A stretch of 63,938 nt of DNA, the filler included, from Octopus bimaculoides (lineage: Eukaryota): the NCBI RefSeq assembly GCF_001194135.2. It is 8 parts of 7 records of this genome, joined end to end, with 100 filler letters (N's around TTAATTAATTAA, not from the genome) between each part and the next. Parts side by side here need not be neighbours in the genome. Positions count along the whole stretch, not along the records: positions 1 to 4,426 come from NC_068998.1; positions 4,527 to 23,702 come from NC_069005.1; 6 more parts are not named here. One strand, given 5' to 3'. The first letter of the stretch is position 1. The number at the start of each line of letters is the position of its first letter. Below are positions 1 through 12,658 of this stretch, piece after piece. A program made the translations under genes and the position numbers. Below the pieces are notes generated by a model. That model worked only from the letters and a program-made list of their open reading frames with translations. It was not told where the DNA came from and ran no database searches.

Positions 1-402
1 ATATATATATATATATATATATACATCACATATTTGCATTTTGTATGAGAGAAAAATGGGAGGGAAAGCTGGTTTTATGAGCAATTTGAATGATATAAAA
101 GAGAGAGAAGACTTTTAAATGGCGATATCTCTTAGAGAGCAAATGAATAAAGCGGACGATAATATACCAATATATAGTCTGGAGAGATGTCAACAAGCAA
201 AGATAGTTTGGTTGTTGATAATTATTTTAATAAGTACAAAGAATACGGACTGATAAAGACAAGTATTTATTTACACATATGTATATGTGCATTATCGTTG
301 CTGTGTGGTAAGAAACTTGCTTTCCAAACTGGGTTCTGGGATCAGTACCACTTCGTGGCATCATGGGAGAATTCTTTCACTATATATATATATATATATA
401 TA

Positions 403-532
403 TAGTTGAAATTTACAGATAAACGAAAGACAAAGAGAGGTGTATGAACAACAAGTAAGTGTAGTAGTTTGACGCTCAGAAAAGTGAGAAAGTCTTTACG
501 TTTCGAGCCTACGCTCTTCAACAGAAAGGAAT
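403..532 (-). mobile_element. Penelope-like terminal repeat with CUGUUGA hammerhead-like motif (494-530)
   Basis: ccttt-CTGTTGA-A-GAGC(gtag)GCTC-GAA-ACGT-A-aag. Homologous copies at 34718 and 51274. Confidence 0.45.
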
Positions 533-535
533 ATT

Positions 536-822
536 GATTATTATGTATGGAGCGCAGTTGAACGAGAGACCGACAAAACTCCTTGTAATACAAAAGATGA
601 ACTGATGGTACGGATTATGGAGGCATTCACCAACTTAAGCAAAAAGACCGTCCAGAAGAGTTGCAGGAGATTCCGAAGACGTATGGAGACCGTCGTGGAA
701 GCCAATGGCGATTTTATTGAATAAATTTACTCTTTAGTATTTCAAAATATTTAAAAGTAATTTTGGTAAATATATCTGTTAAAATGAGATGTTAGTGATA
801 TTTTCATTTTTGCGTAATTCAG
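536..822 (+). mobile_element. Tc1/mariner transposase C-terminal fragment and 3' end
   Basis: DYYVWSAVERETDKTPCNTKDELMVRIMEAF...RRRMETVVEANGDFIE*. Same family as 59775-60540. Confidence 0.8.
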
Positions 823-834
823 TTGGAGGTCTAT

Positions 835-1075
835 AAAGACATGTTAAGAGAATGCATAAGGTGGCACCTGTTTCTCCTGCCAGCCGGTACAGTTGTCTAG
901 TATGTAATAAGATGTGTAAAAGCTTGGCCAGGCTTAAAAGTCATATAAGGGCATCACATGGCAACAATCATGAATCGTTTCAGTAAGTCTTCTTGGCAAT
1001 GGCTTTTCTTGAGTAACGAGGATGCAGCTGTGATATGTATGTATGTATGTATGCATGTATGTATGTATGTATGTG
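835..1075 (+). mobile_element. RTE-type LINE 3' end with C-terminal zinc finger and (TATG)n tail
   Basis: RYSCLVCNKMCKSLARLKSHIRASH CxxC..H..H motif followed by a simple-repeat tail. Confidence 0.6.
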
Positions 1076-1463
1076 TCTGTCTATCTATCTAGCTATCTAT
1101 ATTGTTCATGTTTCGACCCTTATTGTTCATCACATTAAACAGCCACTGTTGCGTGATCCCACAGGCTTTTATACAGTCTGAGGGAAGGCGTAATATAAAG
1201 ACATAATGTATGCCATAATATAAAGAGCCCATAATTATCGAGAGAAAAGAACATGGGCTTGGACGTGGTGTTCCTTTATTTCATGTATTGAATATGTTTC
1301 TGTATTCGGTAGTAAATAATATCACATTATAAATGTAATCCACAGACCTACCCCATAAGTGCAGCACGCTCATACGTATCGGTACATATATGATGAAGCG
1401 GGCAAATAACAACATGACTGCCCAAAATCAAGATTTTTAAAGAAACACTACTTTATGTATGAA

Positions 1464-1569
1464 TGTATCTGAAGTGATCCAAACTGCAAGATTAATGTAA
1501 CATAGTATGATGCGCAGCATTCCATCTATAAAGGACAGTTGCAGGATGGGTCGAAACGATCGTCGAACA
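1464..1569 (+). ncRNA. Hammerhead-like motif with extended helix II
   Basis: tgtat-CTGAAG(T)-GATCC.aaa.CTGCAA...TTGCAG.gat.GGGTC-GAA-ACGATCGT-C-gaaca. One core base is missing or altered. Confidence 0.5.
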
Positions 1570-1913
1570 AAATAAAGAGTTATACCAATTGCATCTTCTG
1601 TTTACTTAATCGATTATACACACATACACACATATATATATACTTAGACATCTATGTTGATATGATACAACCGCGCCTCCCACACACATACGTACACACA
1701 CACACACACTCGTACACAAAGATATAAATATATATGCCACTGCACTTACGTAATACACGTGGCATCTCAGAGAGATTAGTCCACCATAGGTTTTCTGTTA
1801 TTTGGTCAATGTCTTAAGGAACTCCTTTATGCAGCCATAGAAACACCAGGACAAAGCGCAGCTGTCTCTGTTTGAAACGGTTTATTTCATTCTTTAGCTG
1901 AAGACTGCAGGCC

Positions 1914-1952
<39 letters not shown>

Positions 1953-2166
1953 TAATATAGACGAGAGAGTCACATATGTACAAGGCTTATATTTTACCAA
2001 TGATTCCACTTGTCAGATCTAATTACAGTTATTTTATGCAGTTGATATTTTTTCTTTTGTAAAAGTTTTTTTAATATTCACTGGGGAGTTTTTCACAATT
2101 AATTTCATGGATAGTTACATGCAATCATATGTATCCTAGGGTATATTCCGTCAAAATACACGTACA

Positions 2167-2231
<65 letters not shown>

Positions 2232-2593
2232 GTGTGTGTGTGTGGAGCATTAATAGAAAGAAGTGCGTACATATTTCTTTGCGTGCGTGTGTGTTTGTAT
2301 GTGTGTGCATGTGTGTGTTCGTGTTTGCTAAATAAGTTAAAGTATGCCCCAAACCTGCAAAGACTTAAAGATGTATTTCAGCATTCGTGGCCTCTAAGCA
2401 TCTAAGAATAGTTAACTTAACCCGGGACGTGACGTCAATCCGCAGCAAGGTTAACTCCCTAACTGCAACTGCTAGTGAAGCAAATAATTTCACTCGGGGG
2501 CACTGTTCAATACAAGAATCGAACCTGACATTTTACAGACGTTATCTCTAGACTCCTATCTAAAGAACTAGGCCACGCCTACTTAGACACATG

Positions 2594-2649
<56 letters not shown>

Positions 2650-2849
2650 TTTGTAAGCTAAGTAAGATTCTGATAACAACATTGTAGTATGCTAAACAAA
2701 GCTCGTCCGCGGTTAATGGTTAGCTGAGGTCATCATACAGTGAAAATAGTCTTGCTATTGCATACACGTCAAGAGCTCTACAATATCCATTGAGTTTATA
2801 TAAATAGATAGATATTAAAAAACGGGTTGAAGGACAATATTTAAACATC

Positions 2850-3205
2850 ACTACAATCGTTTCGATACATTTTTACACTCGTAGTATACTGGCGTGAATA
2901 TATAATTAACATGTTGCGTAACTATTACCATGCATCTAAGGTATAAGATGCGCTTCTTCAGGTGGCTGTTTTAAATGAATGCTTCGCTAGATCATATTTA
3001 GAGTCAAAATGAATATCCAAAATAGTGTGTGTTCATTCTCACACCGAGTAAAATAATAGTAAAATGATAATCTAGCGAAGGACGTATTTAAAATAGTCAC
3101 CTGAGGAAGCGCATCTTACTCTTTGAAAGGATGATAGTGATTACACATTTTAATTCTATCGTCTCAACAAAGTACTACGTGTGTAAAAATGTGTCGAAAC
3201 AATTA
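2850..3205. repeat. About 350-bp imperfect inverted repeat (Penelope-like inverted terminus)
   Basis: cgtttcgatacatttttacactcgtagta vs tactacgtgtgtaaaaatgtgtcgaaac; aagatgcgcttcttcaggtggctgttttaaat vs atttaaaatagtcacctgaggaagcgcatctt; cttcgctagat vs atctagcgaag. Confidence 0.75.
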
Positions 3206-3345
3206 AAGAAAGAATGTCCTTCAATCCATATTCTGTTATCTACCTATTTATAATTGTACGCATGTATGTATGTATGTACGCATGTATGTATGTATGTATG
3301 TATGTATGTATGTATGTATGTATGTATCTCTCTCTCTCTCTCTCA

Positions 3346-3377
<32 letters not shown>

Positions 3378-3491
3378 ACACACAAATACACACACATTAT
3401 AAAACAAACAGCAGATGGAGATAGTGTGAAGAGGGATACCTCCTGATATATGTAAACAGTGCGTAACTGAAAGAGGTCAGAATATATACAT

Positions 3492-3522
<31 letters not shown>

Positions 3523-3527
3523 GACAG

Positions 3528-3558
<31 letters not shown>

Positions 3559-4102
3559 AAATATATATATATGTATATATATATGTATGTATATGTGTAT
3601 ATATANNNNNNNNNNNNNNNNNNNNNNNNNNNNNNNNNNNNNNNNNNNNNNNNNNNNNTTGATATGGCGACAGGCAGATATTAATATCTTACGAATATCA
3701 CCACCAGCATCACCCCCCCCCACCCCACTATCCGCTGCAGCACCACAACCGCCATTACTACTATTACTACTACTGTCGTAACCGCCTCCACCTGTACCCC
3801 GTCAATAAAACACCAACAGCATCAACAACAGTTAAATAAATAAACGAAACTCAGCTACCCAAATATAATAAGGTTTGTTACTTCAGAAAAATAACATTGC
3901 TTGCCATTTTTTTTTTGCGTATCACATTACACACAGAAACACACAGAGGCACACAGAGGCACACACACACACATATGCATACATAAAGATATTCATACAT
4001 ATACATACAAATGAACAAACAGGCCGACATACATATATACATAGATATACACACACATATATATACCTATATATATAACTATATATACATATATATATAT
4101 AC

Positions 4103-4137
<35 letters not shown>

Positions 4138-4998
4138 GGTATATATATATGTACATGTATACATACATATATAAATATATATACATATATATACATATAT
4201 ATATATGTATACATATATATATATATGTATAAGTATGTGTATGTGCATGTATATATAAATGAATATATATAAATATAAACATATATATATACATATATAC
4301 ACTCACATACACACACATATACATGCATATATATGAATATGTGTGTGTATAAATGTATGTATATATATGTATATGTGCGTGTATATTATATATGTATATA
4401 TACGCATATATATATATATATATATANNNNNNNNNNNNNNNNNNNNNNNNNNNNNNNNNNNNNNNNNNNNTTAATTAATTAANNNNNNNNNNNNNNNNNN
4501 NNNNNNNNNNNNNNNNNNNNNNNNNNGAGAGAGAGAGAGAGAGAGAGTACATGATCAGAAACAAACCAACTGTAAGGACAAAAAGTACGTGAGCAACAAC
4601 AAATACAACAAAACCAATAACAACAACAACAACAACTGCACAAGAAACCCCAGTCTTATATTCCTCCTTCAAAATATACGCCGTCCTGGCCTGGGGTCTG
4701 GCGCATGGCGCTTGTTCTAGAGCATCGTCTGCTTCGACTATCGTATAGAAGTTAACATGAATGGAAGCCATTGAGCAGAAGTCTTCCATTTCACTTCACA
4801 CATCAAATGGAGACCAAGAAACTTATGTTTTGTCTTTAGGGGGAGTTTCACCACATTTCGTCTGTAATCTATAGTCAATGGGGTTTTATTCTTTTCTTGT
4901 GGTGAACACGTGTATTGCTGGATTATATATATATGTATGTGTATGTGCGTGTATATAAGGTGTGTGTGTATGTGTTTGTGCTTGTGTGAGTGTGTGTA

Positions 4999-5044
<46 letters not shown>

Positions 5045-5067
5045 ATATATTTATATATGCATATATT

Positions 5068-5099
<32 letters not shown>

Positions 5100-5290
5100 C
5101 ATACACACACACACACACATAGACACAAACACGCACACACACACAGATATATAGAGGTGCAGATATGGTTGTATGGTAAGAAGTTTGCTTCCCAACAACA
5201 TGGTTCCGCGTTCAACCACACTGTGTGGCACCTTGGACAACTGCAAATGTATTCTACTATAGCCTTGTGCCGAGTGGATTTACATAAAAC

Positions 5291-5365
<75 letters not shown>

Positions 5366-5367
5366 CC

Positions 5368-5465
<98 letters not shown>

Positions 5466-6185
5466 AGTGTTTGTTTATGTGTGTAATTGTATACATGTGT
5501 AAATAGAAGCGAGAGAAAGAGAGATAGCTACAAGGAAAGAAGAATATTTGGTAATCAGCAACTTCTGAAACTGGAGCCATTGTTAAGGTTTCGAAAAACT
5601 AATTTAATTTACCACCTCAACAGCAGCAGCGGCAGCAGCAACAGCAACAACAACAACAACAACCATACTAATAATATCAATAAGTGGCTGAATGATTGAA
5701 GTGAAAAAAAAGGTAAACAAATAAAGGTAATAAAATAAACGAAAATCAGGGAGACATCTCCGCCTTAGGGGTCGGTGAAAGTGTGAAACGACTTGTTGGC
5801 ACATTTTAACTCAGGTATTGAAAGATTCAACCGAAGAGTTTGCTTTCAAACACGTCACGTGGTTAATTACAAGAATTCTAGTGAAAGGATTCAGTGAAAA
5901 TTGTTTGGCATCTTGTCAGCGAACTTTCCCCTTCGTTATCCTATTTCTTGTTTTTTTTCGCTTTGCGAGGGAATTTGGCAAACATGTCTGCTGCTGTTGT
6001 CTGTTGAAAACTCTCGTGTCGTAAAAACAATGACGACGACGACGACGACGTAATCGAAATAAAGCAACAACGATGATGGACGCCAAAGTACAATGTCTTT
6101 TGTTCAACCTATGAACCCACGAAGCAGTTTTCGACGCCATATTTAATAGATTTCCATCAATATCGTTTCGCATAAAAATAAAAAT

Positions 6186-6436
6186 AAATGCGCCCTTTTA
6201 AAGCCTGGCCAGGCTCATGGGCCCGGTTTCCTGGTTTCAATGGCGTATGTGTTCCCCAGCTGGACGGGACGCCAGTCCATCGCAGTGTTATTCATTTATG
6301 CCAGCTGAGTGGACAGGAGCAACGTGAAATGAAGTGTTTTGCTCAAGAACACAACGCATCGCCCGGTCCAGGAATCGAAACCACAATCTTACGATCATGG
6401 TACTGACACCCTAACCACTAAGCCACGCGCCTCCAC
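6186..6436 (-). mobile_element. tRNA-derived SINE, family C
   Basis: Head gtggaggcgcgtggcttagtggttagg..ggtttcgattcctgg, then ttgtgttcttgagcaaaacacttcatttcacgttgctcc. Related copies at 6471-6750(+), 7400-7621(-), 15375-15530(-), 16415-16520(+), 35850-36020(-). Confidence 0.8.
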
Positions 6437-6984
6437 ATCGTTTCACGTATCTCTACATATATTATAGTAAGTGAAGGCGCGTGGCCTAATGGCTAAGGAT
6501 GCTGCACACGCGATCGCGAGATCGTGGTTTCGATTCTCAGACTGACTGTGCGTTGCGTTCTTGAGCTAAAAACTTCATTTTATGTTGCTCCAGTCCACTT
6601 AGCTGTAAATGAATAACCCTACCACGGACTGGCGTACCTTTCAAGGGGAATGTAAGCCAGCTCGCCTAGTCATTCGAAAGCTACAACAATGTGATAAAGT
6701 GCATTGTGACCAGCGGTGTATAACAACATCCGATAAACAGGTCGATACCGTGATATTATAGTATATATAATATATCTTTTACTTGTTTACTTGTTTCATG
6801 ACTGCGGTCATGTTGGGGCACAGATTCAAGGATTTCAGTCGAATAAATTTTATTCATTTTTTAAAATCTTGCATTTATTCTGTCGGTCTCTTATGCCAAA
6901 CGACTCTGTTACGGTCACGTAAGCAAAACAACACCAATCGTCAGGCGGTAGTAGAGGCATAAATACACACACACACACACACAC

Positions 6985-7052
6985 TATGCCTATAATTATA
7001 GGTTATGCCTATAATTATAGGTTATGCCTATAATTATAGGCATAACCTATAA
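6985..7052. repeat. 3 x 19-bp tandem repeat ending in a perfect 38-bp palindrome (7015-7052)
   Basis: Unit tatgcctataattataggt; palindrome ttataggttatgcctataa|ttataggcataacctataa. Confidence 0.9.
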
Positions 7053-7053
7053 C

Positions 7054-7395
7054 CAGTGCTACTCAAAGTAGTGGTCTGCAGACCGGTGCCAGACCGCGAG
7101 CCATAAGCTACCGTTACGCGGCGAGTTCCCAGAAAAGAAAGAGACATTATAAAACGCTTGTAAAATGCTTATGTAATATTGTATTATTTGTTTACAAAAT
7201 AAATATAAATATAGAAAAAAACTTGTCAACTTTTATTATATTCATTATATATATTGTTTCCGGTATAAATTAATATTACGAAGAAATATTACCAATTCCT
7301 GGCAGATGGAGGAGAAAAAAAACTCCCGGTAGGCGGCGATTTTGCAGAAATCTGGACGGTGCAAGTTATGTATTGCTAAGCGCACGAGGATCCTT
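7054..7395 (+). mobile_element. hAT/Charlie-like element left end
   Basis: CAGTGCTACTCAAAGTAGTGGTCTGCAGACCGGTGCC resembles Charlie/MER5-type termini. Right TIR not found. Confidence 0.55.
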
Positions 7396-7818
7396 AAGGA
7401 CTGGTTCGCGCCAAGGGGCATCCTGAACTCCAGGACAGAGTTTTGCCTTCAAATGACGCCAGCCCGCTGAGTAGGTCAAAATCCACTACCCCGCGATCGA
7501 AGCGGGTACTGAAGCAACGTGAAATGCTCAAGAACACAACGCGCCGCCCAGTCAGGGAATCGAACCCGCGATCTAGCGATCTTGAGTGCAGCAGGCTAAC
7601 CACTAGGCCACGCGCCTTCATACATACACACGTGCGCGTGCGTGTGTGTGTGTGTGTGCATGTATGTAGAATTCTATCTTGCTAAGTACGCTATAATCAA
7701 AACTGTACCTGTTCAGTTGGGTGTCCAATGTGCGAGAGTGGTCTATTGTCGAATCATATTCGGTTAGGCGTCAATGTTTGAGAATGGTCTCTAACTAACA
7801 TTCAACTACAGTCTGTTG

Positions 7819-7838
7819 CCGGAAAGAAACACGTGTTG
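7819..7838 (+). promoter_or_regulatory. ETS-like CCGGAA and palindromic E-box AACACGTGTT just upstream of the POP5 ATG
   Basis: Motifs read directly from sequence. Function is inferred only from position. Confidence 0.3.
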
Positions 7839-7840
7839 AC

Positions 7841-7857
7841 ATGAGGTTCAAAAAACG
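7841..7857 (+). CDS. POP5: POP5 (RNase P/MRP subunit) coding exon 1
   Basis: ATG AGG TTC AAA AAA CG|gtaaac = MRFKK(R), matching the POP5 N-terminus MVRFKHRY. The phase-2 intron joins correctly to exon 2. Confidence 0.85.
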
Positions 7858-7902
7858 GTAAACATTCATTATTTATTTCAACACTCTATGTTTAATAATG
7901 TA

Positions 7903-7944
<42 letters not shown>

Positions 7945-9108
7945 TAATATAATATAATATATATAATATAATATATGTATAATATTATTTTACGAGTATC
8001 GAAAGATCGCCATATATATATGTTGTAACATTAGTTAGAATTCTGTTGTTGTCTGTACCACTATACTTGTTACTCTATTCAAACTAAAAGTAAAAAACCT
8101 ATTTGACCCATATACCTAGGGCTATAATTCCTCAACATTAATTCCTCGACATTTTGATAGTAATAAAATGACCTGATACTACTATGACCAGTGAAACCTC
8201 TAGATTCTAATACTTTTATAACCTTGTCCATGCATACTGCTTACACCTTCCCTCTCTTTAAAAGTAATTGTCCCTTTGCTATCACCACTAGATAAGAAAC
8301 AATAGAATTCTGAGACAGTTAAAACTTTTGTCTAGAATCAATTACTAGCCTGATAGACCCTGCTATATCAAGATGGACTTATATATTCTTCCTCACGTTT
8401 GGATTTTATGTATGCTCTCTCCCNNNNNNNNNNNNNNNNNNNNNNNNNNNNNNNNNNNNNNNNNNNNNNNNNNNNNNNNNNNNNNNNNNNNNNNNNNNNN
8501 NNNNNNNNNNNNNNNNNNNNNNNNNNNNNNNNNNNNNNNNNNNNNNNNNNNNNNNNNNNNNNNNNNNNNNNNNNNNNNNNNNNNNNNNNNNNNNNNNNNN
8601 NNNNNNNNNNNNNNNNNNNNNNNNNNNNNNNNNNNNNNNNNNNNNNNNNNNNNNNNNNNNNNNNNNNNNNNNNNNNNNNNNNNNNNNNNNNNNNNNNNNN
8701 NNNNNNNNNNNNNNNNNNNNNNNNNNNNNNNNNNNNNNNNNNNNNNNNNNNNNNNNNNNNNNNNNNNNNNNNNNNNNNNNNNNNNNNNNNNNNNNNNNNN
8801 NNNNNNNNNNNNNNNNNNNNNNNNNNNNNNNNNNNNNNNNNNNNNNNNNNNNNNNNNNNNNNNNNNNNNNNNNNNNNNNNNNNNNNNNNNNNNNNNNNNN
8901 NNNNNNNNNNNNNNNNNNNNNNNNNNNNNNNNNNNNNNNNNNNNNNNNNNNNNNNNNNNNNNNNNNNNNNNNNNNNNNNNNNNNNNNNNNNNNNNNNNNN
9001 NNNNNNNNNNNNNNNNNNNNNNNNNNNNNNNNNNNNNNNNNNNNNNNNNNNNNNNNNNNNNNNNNNNNNNNNNNNNNNNNNNNNNNNNNNNNNNNNNNNN
9101 NNNNACAC

Positions 9109-9139
<31 letters not shown>

Positions 9140-9834
9140 CACGATGGGCTTCTTTCAGTTTCCGTCTACCAAATCCACTCACAAAGCTTTGATCAGCCCG
9201 AGGCTATAGTAGAAGACACTTACCCAAGGTGCCACACAGTGGAACTGAACCTGGAACCATGTGATTAGATAGCAAGCTTCTTACCTTTCATTTTCTATCC
9301 ACCAAATTCACTGACAAGGCGTTGGGTGATCGAAGGCTGTAGCAAAAGACACTTGGCCATACTGTGGGACTGAACCCAGACCCACATGGTTGGGAAACAT
9401 GCTTCTTAATCTCACAACCATGCCTGCACAATGGATATAAAGAATTGAGAAAATTGGAGAAACAAAGAATGGAAGAATGGAAGACCAAAAATTCAATAAA
9501 AATGGTTCTTTAAGACAATTATCGTTGAGAGACAGATAGACCCTTGTCATTTTAGTTCATTGGAATCGAAGTGAAGCAGTGATTGGTTTGTTATTAATCT
9601 GTAACCAACAACACTATTGTCTGCTGACATCTAAAATGAATGAATAAATAAATGCCCATCCACCATCTGTTGTCACCGTCAATCCTCTTTCAGTCAATCA
9701 TTGGACATAAAGTTGATCCTCCGTCTTTCGTGGACGGTTAACACAGTTTGTGTGACATATGCTAATGAGTTTAAGACGGTGGTTGTTGGCTGTGCTCTGT
9801 TAGCGAAACATGAAGAGAGAGAGAGAGATTTACT

Positions 9835-9879
<45 letters not shown>

Positions 9880-10289
9880 CTTTCAAGAATTAAACAGATG
9901 CACGTCAAAAGAACGAATGGAAAATTCACACACTAGACATGGATGTGTTCTTAGATGGACAAGCTGTTGAAAAGATTAGCATTAATTACAGCAGATAATT
10001 CTAAAACTTAAATTCTAATTAATTTCTTTCAGTCAATTTTTTTTAATATTTATTTCTTTAACTTCTTTTTTTTTTTCCATGTTTTCCTCGTCATCATCAT
10101 CATAATTTTACCATCCACTTTTACCATGCTTCATTGGTTCAATGGAGATTTTTGTTTAAATTGCAGCAGATTTTCTACTGCCTAATGCCCATGTGCCAAC
10201 TCTCACCTGTTTCCATATCAGGTAATATCTGTCCATGGACAGATTATAAAGGATGTTCATTAAAGATTTCCCCTTCTCAAGGGCCTCTG

Positions 10290-10495
10290 GTCCTCTGTGG
10301 ATCACATCCCTACTTCTCAACAGAGTCACTGTTTCTCTCAACAGCAATGTTCCACCTTCGAATGAGAGCATGTATCCCTGCCCCGTAAGATTCTGTTGAC
10401 TGTTCTTTGAGCCACTTCTTCACCACAGTTTTCACTTCCTCATCACTGGAATAATGTTTGCCTCTCAGACCCTCTTTCATGGGGCCCCGAAGAGA
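10290..10495 (-). mobile_element. Mariner transposase C-terminal relic in POP5 intron 1
   Basis: DYHLFG(P)MKEGLRGKHYSSDEEVKTVVKKWLKEQSTESYGAGIHALIRRWNIAVERNSDSVEK. Confidence 0.85.
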
Positions 10496-11000
10496 TGATA
10501 GTCTCACACACATTTGAGGTGGTTGTCTGCTGCACCAAACTCTCCCTTGCAAGGAATCAGTAAAGCCAAAATTCCAGCAGAAAATGNNNNNNNNNNNNNN
10601 NNNNNNNNNNNNNNNNNNNNNNNNNNNNNNNNNNNNNNNNNNNNNNNNNNNNNNNNNNNNNNNNNNNNNNNNNNNNNNNNNNNNNNNNNNNNNNNNNNNN
10701 NNNNNNNNNNNNNNNNNNNNNNNNNNNNNNNNNNNNNNNNNNNNNNNNNNNNNNNNNNNNNNNNNNNNNNNNNNNNNNNNNNNNNNNNNNNNNNNNNNNN
10801 NNNNNNNNNNNNNNNNNNNNNNNNNNNNNNNNNNNNNNNNNNNNNNNNNATCTTTTAAATTATTTATTCCATTATTTTTTAATTATATATATTTTTTTAA
10901 TTTTTTTTTTATTGTATTTTATATTTTACATCTGAGGATTCAAGCTGCAACTCCTTCAAAACTCATTTCTCCAATTTCATGTCTGTCTGTTTGTCCCTGA

Positions 11001-11032
<32 letters not shown>

Positions 11033-11130
11033 GTCCCTTTCTCTCCCTATCTTTCTTTCTCTGTCATGTCTGTGTCTTTCTCCCCCTCTCTCTCTATATA
11101 TATATCTTTCCCTGACTCTCTATATCTGTC

Positions 11131-11162
<32 letters not shown>

Positions 11163-11745
11163 CATCCCCGTTGTCTGTCTCCAAGACACCAATAAAATGC
11201 CTCTTCCAGTTGTCAACTTGATAAATTGGTTCTTCTACTTTTCATATTTGTCCCCTAGACCCCTCCATGCTTTGACCCTACCATTCGTGGGGTTGGTTGG
11301 GAAAGGGGTAACTAGGGAGGAGAAAGAGAGAATGGTGATAGCAGTGAATAGAAATCATGGTGGTGGTAGTATCTGTGGTGGTGGTGGTGGTGGTTGTTGT
11401 TGTTGTTGTTCTTAGGTCCACAGTTCAGCCCTGGCTGAGCAGATTTATAATCAAAGGTGGCAGGCATAGCTGCAAGGTTAAGAAGCTCACGTTGTAACCA
11501 CATGGCTTCAGGTTCAGTCCCATTGCAGTGCATCCCAGGCTGACCAAATGCTTAGCGTCAATTCTTCCAGAGCTTTACATTCTGAGATCAAATACCACAG
11601 AGGTCAGCTTCACTTTTCATCCTTTTAGGGGGCCGAGAAAATAAGATACCCTCCCCCTAAAATAAGTACCAGTTAAACACTGGGGTCAGTGTAATCGACT
11701 CATCCCCACAAGCTGCCCTTGTGACAAAAACTTGAAACCATCATC

Positions 11746-12616
11746 ATTATTATTATTATTATTATTATTCAGTAGTTTTATTTTTATAACGAGCTTTCAC
11801 TTCACTACCGAGCACAGCTCTGTGTGCCTTGGGTATGTGCTGTGGTTTGCTGTGATGCTCTTATGGTTACTGTATTGAAAGTGTTTTGCGTAGGATGTGT
11901 GCAGTGCCCAGTAGTGCAATTTTCTGTATGTTATATATATTTGTAAGTCCTGGTGTTTTTGTTATGTATTTGTCTGAATATTTTTTTATTATACCTAAGG
12001 CACCTACTATGATAGGAATTGTTTCTGTTTTTAGATTCCACATTCGAGTTACCTCTATTTCCAGGTCTTTGTATTTTGAAAGTTTTTCCATTTCTTTTAG
12101 AGAAACGTTGTCATCTGCTGGTATTGATACATCAATTAGAAAGCATTTTTTTTCTTCATGATCTTTGACAACTATATCTGGTNNNNNNNNNNTTTGTTAT
12201 GTATTTGTCTGAATATTTTTTTATTATACCTAAGGCACCTACTATGATAGGAATTGTTTCTGTTTTTAGATTCCACATTCGAGTTACCTCTATTTCCAGG
12301 TCTTTGTATTTTGAAAGTTTTTCCATTTCTTTTAGAGAAACGTTGTCATCTGCTGGTATTGATACATCAATTAGAAAGCATTTTTTTTCTTCATGATCTT
12401 TGACAACTATATCTGGTCTATTGGCCTTAATTTCTCTATCTGTGTGTATTGGCATATCCCATAGTATGGTTGCTTTCTCGTTTTCTGTGACCTTTTCTGG
12501 CATGTGTTTATACCATCTTTTTTCTGTTATTCCATAGTGTTGGCATAGCTTTCAGTGTATATAGGTCCCAGCTCTGTCGTGTCTGTGAATATATTCCTTC
12601 TTAGCCAGGACTGGGC
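11746..12616 (-). mobile_element. 5'-truncated R4/Dong-clade non-LTR retrotransposon in POP5 intron 1
   Basis: CPVLAKKEYIHRHD...ILWDMPIHTDREIKANRPDIVVKD..LIDVSIP..KLSKYKDL...IQKIALLGTAHILRK restriction-like endonuclease domain. (TAA)n tail and (ATT)n on both flanks. Confidence 0.9.
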
Positions 12617-12658
12617 TATTATTATTATTATTATTATGGTGCTGTTTCTGTGTTTAAG

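Noticed and set aside
4770-4825. Short hairpin resembling a SECIS or pre-miRNA (TGGAAGAC miR-7-like seed)
   Set aside because: The stem is only about 10 bp, there is no SECIS quartet, and there is no miR-7 match beyond the seed.
11957-12420. Tandem duplication of about 225 bp within the Dong element
   Set aside because: Identical copies on either side of a 10-N gap indicate an unmerged contig overlap.
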